From IMG/VR virus record IMGVR_UViG_3300028025_003013, positions 1-64,000 of that record: DNA of 64,000 nt. The stretch is one strand, 5' to 3'. Positions within the stretch are counted from its first letter, which is position 1. Every line of letters begins with the position of its first letter. The position numbers and the translations under genes were made by a program. Below are positions 55,398 through 64,000 of the stretch, one piece after another. A model generated the notes under the pieces. That model saw only the letters and a program-made list of their open reading frames with translations. It made no database searches and was not told the origin of the DNA. Origin of the DNA: a virus.

Positions 55398-57223
55398 TGG
55401 ACAATAAAAGAATTAGAGTCACCGAACTGGATTTTGACCAGATCAAAGACAACTTCAAGAACTTCCTAAAAGGTCAAAGCGAGTTTCAGGACTATGACTT
55501 TGAAGGTTCTGGCGTTAATGTGTTGCTGGATATTCTGGCTTACAATACTCACTACAATGCGATGTATGCCAACCTTGCCATGAACGAGGCATTCTTGGAC
55601 TCAGCTTCCAAACGAAACAACGTAGTTTCCCATGCCAAGTCGTTGGGTTATATTCCAGTCCCAGCCAAGTGTGCTGAGGCAGTTGTTAACATTACCGTTT
55701 TCAATGCCACAAATTCTCCAGACACACTTACGCTTCCAGCGTTTACTCAATTCTCAACTTCCATTGATAAAGTAAACTACAACTTTTACAGCAGAAATGC
55801 TATAACAACAGCACCAGTTAATGGCATTTATACCTTTAGCAATGTAGTTATTACCGAAGGTACGCCACTGCGTTTTCAGTATATCGTCAATGAAGGTGTT
55901 TCGTTCCTAATTCCGAATCCTGGTGCAGATCTTTCTACGCTAAGTGTTCGTGTTCAAGACAGCACCAGCACTAGTGGTTACGTGGTTTATACACGTGGTG
56001 ATGACCTAACGCTGGTTAAGCCAGATGATACAGTTTTCTTTGTTAAGGAAATTGATAATGAGTTGTATGAAGTTTACTTTGGTGATGGCGTAACTGGTCG
56101 TCCAGTTATTTCTGGTAATGTGGTTACCTTGGATTACTTTGTTTCCAATAAGGAAGCTGCAAACAACGCCAAGGCATTTACCTGCAACACTAACATTGGT
56201 GGTGGCACTGTTGCGGTTACTACAGTTTCCATGGCGCAGGGTGGTTCTTCTATCGAAAGCATCGACAGCATTAAGTTCAATGCACCACGCAACTATGCAG
56301 CACAGAATCGTGCAGTTACCGCTGAAGACTATAAAGTTATTCTACCTTCCATCTATCCGAACATTGAATCGGTAAACGTATGGGGTGGCGAGGAAGCGGA
56401 TCCTCCACAGTACGGTAAGGTATTCATCTCTATTAAACCAAAGTCTGGCGAAACCCTTACTACTTCTACCAAAGAAATCATTAAGAAAAACATTCTCCGC
56501 AGCAAGAACATTGTTTCTATTACTCCAGAGATCGTTGACGCAGACTTTTTGTATGTGAACGTATACACCGCAGTATACTACAATCCTTTGCAAACTGAGA
56601 AAAACCCAGACACTATAAAAACGCTGGTAAACAATACGATCAATAAGTATGATAATGATGACCTTCGTAGGTTCGGTGGTATGTTTAGGTACTCGAAATT
56701 GTCTCGTTTAATCGATGCAACTGATGTTTCTATAACAAGTAACATCACAAATGTTACCTTTATGAAGATACTTACACCAGCCTTCAATACAAAGGCTAAA
56801 TATAACATAACTTTCAACAACCCAATACATTCCTCTCTAGCTGCAGATGAGTCTATAAAAAGCACTGCGTTTTACATCTCTTCCACAGAACAACCAGTTT
56901 ATATTGACGATGATGGTGTTGGAAATTTAAGAATGTTTTACTATACTGGAACGAACACAAAAGTGTTTATTAACAAAACTCTCGGTACAGTAAATTACTT
57001 AACTGGAAAAGTTGTGATCAACGATTTAGTTATTGCTTCTGCTCCAAATAATATCATCGAATTACACTGTACTCCAGATTCTAACGACGTAGTTTCTGTT
57101 AGAAATCAAATCGTAGCACTTAATCAGAACAGCACCAGAGTTAACGTAATCGTTGACACAGTTGCTTCTGGACAATTCGCTGGTGGAACGAACTTTATAT
57201 TCTCCTCAAATAACGCAAGATGA
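55397..57223 (+). CDS. 6: baseplate wedge gp6
   Basis: LDFDQIK, DYDFEGS, AYNTHY, QNRAVTAEDY, WGGEE. Confidence 0.93.
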   Translation: MDNKRIRVTELDFDQIKDNFKNFLKGQSEFQDYDFEGSGVNVLLDILAYNTHYNAMYANLAMNEAFLDSASKRNNVVSHAKSLGYIPVPAKCAEAVVNITVFNATNSPDTLTLPAFTQFSTSIDKVNYNFYSRNAITTAPVNGIYTFSNVVITEGTPLRFQYIVNEGVSFLIPNPGADLSTLSVRVQDSTSTSGYVVYTRGDDLTLVKPDDTVFFVKEIDNELYEVYFGDGVTGRPVISGNVVTLDYFVSNKEAANNAKAFTCNTNIGGGTVAVTTVSMAQGGSSIESIDSIKFNAPRNYAAQNRAVTAEDYKVILPSIYPNIESVNVWGGEEADPPQYGKVFISIKPKSGETLTTSTKEIIKKNILRSKNIVSITPEIVDADFLYVNVYTAVYYNPLQTEKNPDTIKTLVNNTINKYDNDDLRRFGGMFRYSKLSRLIDATDVSITSNITNVTFMKILTPAFNTKAKYNITFNNPIHSSLAADESIKSTAFYISSTEQPVYIDDDGVGNLRMFYYTGTNTKVFINKTLGTVNYLTGKVVINDLVIASAPNNIIELHCTPDSNDVVSVRNQIVALNQNSTRVNVIVDTVASGQFAGGTNFIFSSNNAR

Positions 57224-60200
57224 CAAGTTTAGTCAAAGCCAAAGTTTCCACTGTAGTATCCAAACAGGCTCCAGAGTTTGTTCGTGAGGAACATGCTAAG
57301 TTCATTCAATTCTTAGAAGCATACTATGAGTGGATGGAGCAACAGGGCAATGCTGGCTTTACGATGCGTAATATTGAAAGCGCACGAGACATTGATAAGA
57401 CTGTAGACGACTTTGTCCAGTACTTTCAAAAGGAGTTAATGGTTGCTATCCCTGAGTATGTTATCAGCGATAAGCGTATGCTGGCTCAGCGTATCCATGA
57501 CCTGTATCGTGCCAAGGGTACTAATCAGTCCTACGAATTACTATTCCGTATTCTATACGACGAACCAGCGGAGATCTACTATCCCAAGGTAGACTTACTA
57601 CGTTCTTCGGACGGCAAGTTTGACAGACGCACTGTTATTAAAGTTATCGAGAATGCTGGTGATGCGTTTAACTTAGTTGGACAAACAATCACTCAGGCTG
57701 CAGATTTAGGTAATGGTATTACTTTGGCATCGGCTAGAGTAGAATCAGTTATTAAGACTTCTGCTGGCACAAACATTATTGCAGAAATAAACATTAATCC
57801 CACAACACTTGTTGGAACATTTATTGCTGGTGCCACCATTACTGGTTTAGACAATCAAACCGATTCTCTAATCTCCATGACCTCACAAACCCTAATCTCC
57901 AATGTTAGATTGGACACAAAGGGTTCGTATTACAGCATTGGTCAAAAGTTTACCACTGCAGCTGGTTCTGGTTTAGACTTTCTTTGTGAAGTTGCCACTG
58001 TTCAAACAGGTAGTATTTCTGGCATCTTTGTTCAAAACCCTGGATCTAACTATCGCAAGGGTGACTTAATCAATTTCAATAATACAGATACTGGTGGTTA
58101 TGGTGCCAGTGCCGTTGTTGAAGAAGTAGATCAAACAGCGTTCCTATTGGAAACTACCACTGGTGCGTTGTTCTCCACAGGTGCACTAACCTTTGATATT
58201 GGTGACGCAACCAATACCTATGTTGGTCTTCCAACTTATAACAATCTGGCAGGAACACGTTTAACTGGTACAGGTACTGGTGCAGCGTTCAATGTAGGCT
58301 TCACTGAGGGTTCTCCAGACGTTTACACAATTGGTATCTATGCTGGTGGTAATAACTACACTGTTGGCGATACAATTAAAATTCTAGGAACATCAGTTGG
58401 TGGTGCCACAACTACCAATGATATTACTATTACTGTTGCCACACTAAGCGACATTCAGGCTACAGCTGGTGACTTTATTGTTGGTCAGACATGGATTGTT
58501 GCAGATTTAGGCAGTACTACTCAGTTGCAATGGAATCAGATCGCAGGAACAACTGGTCAGGTATATACTGTGGGATCTCGATTCACTGCTGCCATAGAAG
58601 GTTACGGCAGGGGTTCTGGTAAAGCAACACAAACTTCTATTGATACTGTTACCTTTACTGGCACAGCGCCAGCAGTTTCGGTAAGTCCAGATATTGATCG
58701 CAGCAGGGGTCGTATCTCTGATACAGCATTGACTTCTTCAACTGCATCATTTATGTTGTTGGAAGATGGTGGTAAAATTATTCCTGAAGATGCCACCATC
58801 GGTGGTATTAAGAGTGTTAGGGTTATTGATGGTGGTAAGTTTTATAACAAAACCCCAATCCCAACAGCTGCAAATTCTTCAGGCAGTAACGCAAAGTTAG
58901 TTGCTTACGGTGAAGACATCGGTAGGATCACAGGTATAAACATCACAAACCTTGGTGTTTACTATGAATCCAAACCATCTGTTGCTTCTCCAGTTAATGC
59001 TATCATCAACAATTTAAACAATACCAACTTTGTTCCTGGTGAGGCTATCTACAGCGAACCAGAAGTATTGTTATTGGAAACTGGTGGTGAGTTGCTTCTT
59101 GAGAATAGCTATAGCGATAGGCTACTCAATGAAGAACAAAGTGGTGGTTATGGTTTATTCGAATCCTTTAACACATCAAGAAACCTACTAACTATTAGCC
59201 CAGCTAATATTAAGAATCGTATAGTTTCTGAGAATGGATTAAACTACATTACCTTTGAAGATCAACGTAAGGTTGTAACTGAAGATTCTGGTGAGTTTAC
59301 TGGCAATCAGGTTATTCGTGGTCTAACCTCTGGCGCACGTGCTCGAATCATGAGCATTGGCCATGCGGAAGTTACGCCACAACGTGGTGCAGTGGGTAAG
59401 TATGTTGGTGTGTTTATTGGTGCTGATGGTAAAGTTTCTGAATCATCAAAGCGCATGCCAGACAATCTTTACCACCAAGAGTTTAGCTACGTTATTAAAG
59501 TTGGTCTGTCCATCGATAAATACCGTGATGCAGTAAAGCGTATTCTACACCCAGTGGGTCTTGCACTATTCGGACAGGTTGCTATTCAGTCCTTTGGCGA
59601 CGCAAAAATGCCAGGACTTACTTCCACTGATTTGTTCCGCACTCTTAGCCTTGGTATTAGACAGATTATTGATGCCAAGATGAAGTCGTTACACCACAAT
59701 GTAACTTTGGTATTCCCGTTGTTCGACAAAGCAAATATGCGCATGCATATTCTGGCGTCAGACTTCTTACCAGTACTTCACTTCCCACGTGCGGAACCAC
59801 TCAGCGTATATGTTCTGGATTTGAGATCCAAGTCTATAACCGACTGGCATACTCATATCTGGTTAGATCCTATGGATCTTCGTTCTCAAATTAGACAGAA
59901 CGTAGTTAGCATCGAATCTAAGGTTCTTAGAAGTGGTGTGCAATTGGTTGGTGGACCAAGACTTGGTAATCTAGAAAAATTCAAATTCTTCATACCACCA
60001 TATGAAGCTGGAACTAAAAATTCTTTAAATCTGAATCGTGAAGCATGGGATCAGGTATACCCTGCTCCGAATAATACCTATTGGAATACATACGGCACAA
60101 CTCAGATTAAAGACTTCGGCGATATCGTATTGGCAGATGTCATAAATAATCCAGAGAGAAAGGTCGATTTTATCATAATCGATGCTCATATCGACATAGT

Positions 60201-60354
60201 CTCGAACCCTCCTGGGGAAGTTACTTTCGATTATGGTTTATCTTATATTACAATGGATAATTTAGGGTTTACAATGGACTTAGATACAGAAAGATCTGAC
60301 TCCGATGACATCTTCATGGACGATATTCAAACAACAATGGACTCTACAAAATAA
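57220..60354 (+). CDS. 7: baseplate wedge initiator gp7-like
   Basis: FLEAYYEW, YRAKGT, QEFSYVI, HPVGL. Confidence 0.85.
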   Translation: MTSLVKAKVSTVVSKQAPEFVREEHAKFIQFLEAYYEWMEQQGNAGFTMRNIESARDIDKTVDDFVQYFQKELMVAIPEYVISDKRMLAQRIHDLYRAKGTNQSYELLFRILYDEPAEIYYPKVDLLRSSDGKFDRRTVIKVIENAGDAFNLVGQTITQAADLGNGITLASARVESVIKTSAGTNIIAEININPTTLVGTFIAGATITGLDNQTDSLISMTSQTLISNVRLDTKGSYYSIGQKFTTAAGSGLDFLCEVATVQTGSISGIFVQNPGSNYRKGDLINFNNTDTGGYGASAVVEEVDQTAFLLETTTGALFSTGALTFDIGDATNTYVGLPTYNNLAGTRLTGTGTGAAFNVGFTEGSPDVYTIGIYAGGNNYTVGDTIKILGTSVGGATTTNDITITVATLSDIQATAGDFIVGQTWIVADLGSTTQLQWNQIAGTTGQVYTVGSRFTAAIEGYGRGSGKATQTSIDTVTFTGTAPAVSVSPDIDRSRGRISDTALTSSTASFMLLEDGGKIIPEDATIGGIKSVRVIDGGKFYNKTPIPTAANSSGSNAKLVAYGEDIGRITGINITNLGVYYESKPSVASPVNAIINNLNNTNFVPGEAIYSEPEVLLLETGGELLLENSYSDRLLNEEQSGGYGLFESFNTSRNLLTISPANIKNRIVSENGLNYITFEDQRKVVTEDSGEFTGNQVIRGLTSGARARIMSIGHAEVTPQRGAVGKYVGVFIGADGKVSESSKRMPDNLYHQEFSYVIKVGLSIDKYRDAVKRILHPVGLALFGQVAIQSFGDAKMPGLTSTDLFRTLSLGIRQIIDAKMKSLHHNVTLVFPLFDKANMRMHILASDFLPVLHFPRAEPLSVYVLDLRSKSITDWHTHIWLDPMDLRSQIRQNVVSIESKVLRSGVQLVGGPRLGNLEKFKFFIPPYEAGTKNSLNLNREAWDQVYPAPNNTYWNTYGTTQIKDFGDIVLADVINNPERKVDFIIIDAHIDIVSNPPGEVTFDYGLSYITMDNLGFTMDLDTERSDSDDIFMDDIQTTMDSTK

Positions 60355-60369
60355 GAGTTAGGAGAAAAA

Positions 60370-61764
60370 ATGGCTGCTATTATTACAAACAAATTTCGCA
60401 TTCACAATGCAATGTCCTTTAAAGAAGGCTTTGGTGAAGCGTCGCCGACACAGATGTATCTGTTTATCGGTCGTTCACAACCATGGGCTTCGGACGCTGC
60501 GCCAGATACCCCAGTAGACACAGTTGAATCTGAATACTTTAACTACGATGATATGATTGCTATGAAACGCATTCAGGCATCAGACGTTTCCCATGCTATT
60601 CTGCGTCGTAACTGGACTTCTGGTAAGTACTATGACATCTATCGTCACAACTACAACAACAGTGCTAATCAGGGTGTTGACATCGATGCTGGTACTGGCA
60701 CAACTCGTCAAACATTATTTGATGCAAACTACTTTGTTGTTACTGAAGAATACAACGTATACAAGTGTTTAGATAACCGCAACGCTGCAAGCGTAGTTGC
60801 TCCTTCAACACAACAACCGACTGGCACTTCAACTTCCGCATTTACTACATCTGATGGTTACACATGGAAGTACATGTACTCTATCTCTCCTGCTGATACA
60901 TTGAAGTTTGTTTCTACAGACTTTATTCCAGTTAAGACTTTGACTGGTAACCCAGGATCTACAGATTCATACTACAGCCAGTGGCTTGTTCAGGCTGCAG
61001 CTACAAGCGGTTCTATCGACAACATCGTTATCACTAATAATGGTACTGGTTATACCAGTGCTCCAACTGTTGCTATTTCTGGTGATGGCACTGGTGCTAC
61101 GGCAACTGCCACTGTAACAGCTGGTGGAGTTACAGCGATAAATATTACCAACCCAGGAAGTGGTTACACTTATGTAACTATTTCTTTCTCTGGTGGTGCT
61201 GGCGCAAATGCATCAGCATCTGCTATCATCTCGCCAAAGGGTGGTCATGGTTCAGATCCTGTCAAGGAACTTGGTGGTTTCTATGTAATTATGAACGTAC
61301 GTCTTGAGTACGCTGATGGTGGTGGTGACTTCCCTGTTGATAATGATTATCGTCGTATCGGTATTATCAAAGATCCAATCTTGTTTGGAACAACCAACCT
61401 TGCAACAACTTCAACCCTAAGAGCAACAAAGACTTTGACTCTGCAGGCTGGCGTTTCTGGAACCTTTATCGTTGACGAAGTTATTACTCAGTCAACCACT
61501 GGTGCAACTGGTCGTATCGTTTCTTATGATCCTACTACACGTGTAGTAAACTACATCAAACAACAGGGTGTTCAAAACAACATCGACTTTACAACTGGTA
61601 ACAATATTACTGGTGCTGGCTCTGGTGCTGTTGGTAACGTATCTGCTTTGGGTAACCCAGAAGTTGCTATCGACTCTGGTGAGATCATTTACTTTGAGAA
61701 TCGTCGTCCAATTAATCGTGCTTCGGACCAGTTAGAAGACATTAAGATCGTTGTTGAGATGTAA
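60370..61764 (+). CDS. 8: baseplate wedge gp8
   Basis: MAAIITNKFR, VYKCLDN, DGYTWKYMY, GEIIYFENR. Confidence 0.9.
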   Translation: MAAIITNKFRIHNAMSFKEGFGEASPTQMYLFIGRSQPWASDAAPDTPVDTVESEYFNYDDMIAMKRIQASDVSHAILRRNWTSGKYYDIYRHNYNNSANQGVDIDAGTGTTRQTLFDANYFVVTEEYNVYKCLDNRNAASVVAPSTQQPTGTSTSAFTTSDGYTWKYMYSISPADTLKFVSTDFIPVKTLTGNPGSTDSYYSQWLVQAAATSGSIDNIVITNNGTGYTSAPTVAISGDGTGATATATVTAGGVTAINITNPGSGYTYVTISFSGGAGANASASAIISPKGGHGSDPVKELGGFYVIMNVRLEYADGGGDFPVDNDYRRIGIIKDPILFGTTNLATTSTLRATKTLTLQAGVSGTFIVDEVITQSTTGATGRIVSYDPTTRVVNYIKQQGVQNNIDFTTGNNITGAGSGAVGNVSALGNPEVAIDSGEIIYFENRRPINRASDQLEDIKIVVEM

Positions 61765-61806
61765 TAAATAGTAGTTGAATGCACCGAATAAACATAGGCT
61801 GAGAGA

Positions 61807-64000
61807 ATGACTATCAATTTTAACGTAGATCCGTACTTTGACGATTACAACGAAGATGACAAATATCTTCGTGTTCTGTTTCGTCCAGGATACCCAGTAC
61901 AAGCACGTGAGCTAACACAGGCGCAAACTATCCTGCAAAATCAGGTTACTCGCTTTGGTAACCATGTGTTCAAACAGGGTTCGATGGTAACTCCTGGTCA
62001 GGTGGCTTATGATGGTGAATTCAACTACATCAAACTACAAACGATCTACAACAACACTGAAGTTACATCTTATGTAGAAGAGTTTGTTGGACAAGAAATT
62101 GTTGGGTCAACCAGTGGCATTCGTGCACTAGTACTTTACGCCACTGAGTCTACCGAAACAGATCCTCCAACACTGTACGTTAAGTACATGAACTCTGGTA
62201 CTGATACAACTACCAAAGTTTTTGCCGACAATGAACAGATTATTTCTCAGGATAATACCAACCAGCGTTTTGCGTTCACTTATACGCAGGGTGCAACTGG
62301 TTTGGGTTCATCGGCTTCTATTCAGAAAGGTATCTATTTTGTAAATGGATTCTTTACTCAGGTAGATACTCAAACTGTTATTCTTGACAAGTATTCAAAC
62401 ACTCCAACTTATCGTATCGGTCTTGATGTTACTGAAGATGTAGTAACTCCTGAAGAAGATGCAAACCTATTTGATAACGCACAGGGTTCATCTAACTTTG
62501 CTGCTCCAGGTGCTCACCGCTACAAAATTACTCTAGTATTAGAAAAACGTCCAACTGACGATGATGGCGATAAAGACTTTATCGAGTTGTTACGTATTAA
62601 AGATGGCGAAACTCAGTTTCAGGTTAAGAATGCTGCATACGCAGACATTATGGATACCATGGCTCGTCGTACCTATGATGAGTCTGGTAACTACAGCGTA
62701 AGACCTTTTGGTATTGATGTTCGTGAACACCGTAACAACGATCGTGGTACATGGGATGCTGGTGTTTCTTATAACATCGGTGACATTGTTGCCAATGGTC
62801 TTGGCCAGTTCTATGTTGCAAGAACCTCTGGTATTTCTACAACCAATAAACCAGTTCACACACTTGGTGTTTCCTATGATGGAACATCCTTGTACTGGGA
62901 ATATACAACAGCACCACCATACAATCGTGGTGTTTACTCTGTTGCTGATGGTGGCGATGAAGCATATCTCGCCATGGGTATCGAAAAGGGTAAAGCATAC
63001 GTACAGGGTTACGAGATCGAAAAACTCGCAACCACTTACATTAAAGTTCCAAAGTCTAGAGCATTCAAGCAGATTCTAGATGGTAAGATTTCCACACCAG
63101 TTGGAAACTTCGTACAGGTAACTAACCTGTATGGTCCTCCAAACCTTCCTACATTCCCAGTGGTTTATCTACGTGATGCCAAGACAGTAACTCGTGGTTC
63201 TGCAGCTGGCAATCAGGTTGGTACTGCACGTATTCGTGGTATCGAATTAGAATCTGGTGCAAACGGATCGGTTACAGCATACTACAAAGTAATGTTGTAT
63301 GACATCGAGATGAACACAGGTGTAACTGATGTTGTTATCAACAGTGGTGGTACTGGTGCTTCTAGTCCAACAATTACCATTGATGATCCATTCATCAATG
63401 GCGTAAGTGGTAATGTCGTTGCTTCATGGACCAGCGGAATGTCTTCTGCCGTGGGCAATATTATTTCTTATGTTAACTCTGGTGTCAAGAACTTCTACAG
63501 AGTTACTGCATACAGTGCTGTTTTAAGTTCAAGCGCACCGACCCATACATTTGGTGTTACAGCTTATGGTGGCGCATCGCTTGAATACATCGGTACAACT
63601 GCCACAGCTACAGCTGTAGTTTCTAGTGGCGCAGTGGTTGCTGTTCAGGTAACACGTCCAGGTAATGGATACGTAACTCCACCGACCTTTACCTTCTCCA
63701 GTGGCTCTGCTTCAGTGTCATGCTCTGTTGGTAAGTTGGACTTTTCTCGTTTAGTTAAGCAACTTCACTATCCAACCGATGCAGCTGGCAATGCTTTCTC
63801 TGCAGATGCTTATCCAATATACAATGTTGGCGCAGGACAAATTACCTGCACTGGTGCTGGATCAAGTGCATTGGTTGTTGGTAATGGAACATACTTCTTA
63901 CGACAGACTAAAGTTGGCGATTTGATTCGTGCAACAACTACAGCTGGCGCAGTCTCAGAATTTAAAGTTGGTTACATTATTGATAACACAACACTATATG
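61807..64000 (+). CDS. large virion structural protein (DUF4815/VrlC-like), runs off window
   Basis: PYFDDY, VLFRPGYPVQARELTQ, APGAHR, ARRTYDESGNY. Confidence 0.85.
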   Translation, partial: MTINFNVDPYFDDYNEDDKYLRVLFRPGYPVQARELTQAQTILQNQVTRFGNHVFKQGSMVTPGQVAYDGEFNYIKLQTIYNNTEVTSYVEEFVGQEIVGSTSGIRALVLYATESTETDPPTLYVKYMNSGTDTTTKVFADNEQIISQDNTNQRFAFTYTQGATGLGSSASIQKGIYFVNGFFTQVDTQTVILDKYSNTPTYRIGLDVTEDVVTPEEDANLFDNAQGSSNFAAPGAHRYKITLVLEKRPTDDDGDKDFIELLRIKDGETQFQVKNAAYADIMDTMARRTYDESGNYSVRPFGIDVREHRNNDRGTWDAGVSYNIGDIVANGLGQFYVARTSGISTTNKPVHTLGVSYDGTSLYWEYTTAPPYNRGVYSVADGGDEAYLAMGIEKGKAYVQGYEIEKLATTYIKVPKSRAFKQILDGKISTPVGNFVQVTNLYGPPNLPTFPVVYLRDAKTVTRGSAAGNQVGTARIRGIELESGANGSVTAYYKVMLYDIEMNTGVTDVVINSGGTGASSPTITIDDPFINGVSGNVVASWTSGMSSAVGNIISYVNSGVKNFYRVTAYSAVLSSSAPTHTFGVTAYGGASLEYIGTTATATAVVSSGAVVAVQVTRPGNGYVTPPTFTFSSGSASVSCSVGKLDFSRLVKQLHYPTDAAGNAFSADAYPIYNVGAGQITCTGAGSSALVVGNGTYFLRQTKVGDLIRATTTAGAVSEFKVGYIIDNTTLY

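Overview
64 kb from a large T4-like myovirus. Host is probably an aquatic proteobacterium, possibly a betaproteobacterium (inferred, not shown). From left to right: (1) a late-promoter operon with curli/type VIII secretion genes (CsgF, CsgG-SH3, two curlin-repeat proteins), a FecR-domain protein, a GATase-like protein and a CHASE2 class III cyclase; (2) early modules behind repeated hairpin + sigma70 promoter cassettes, with DNA ligase, RNase H and dCMP deaminase; (3) 28 tRNA or tRNA-like genes covering all 20 amino acids, interleaved with an HNH nuclease and several unannotated structured RNAs; (4) nucleotide and repair genes, PhoH, a GH19 lysin, a permuted two-piece tmRNA, SleB and ClpP; (5) gp33/gp59/gp32 and the tail/baseplate cluster. 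The best candidate for an undescribed system is a leaderless 40-codon leader peptide that uses all 20 amino acids and 32 different codons. It overlaps an antiterminator/terminator switch just upstream of the tRNA array and looks like a pan-tRNA-sensing attenuator. Also notable is an apparent -1 frameshift joining gp26 to gp51 just upstream of the tape-measure-like gene. All calls come from reading the sequence by eye; no searches were run.
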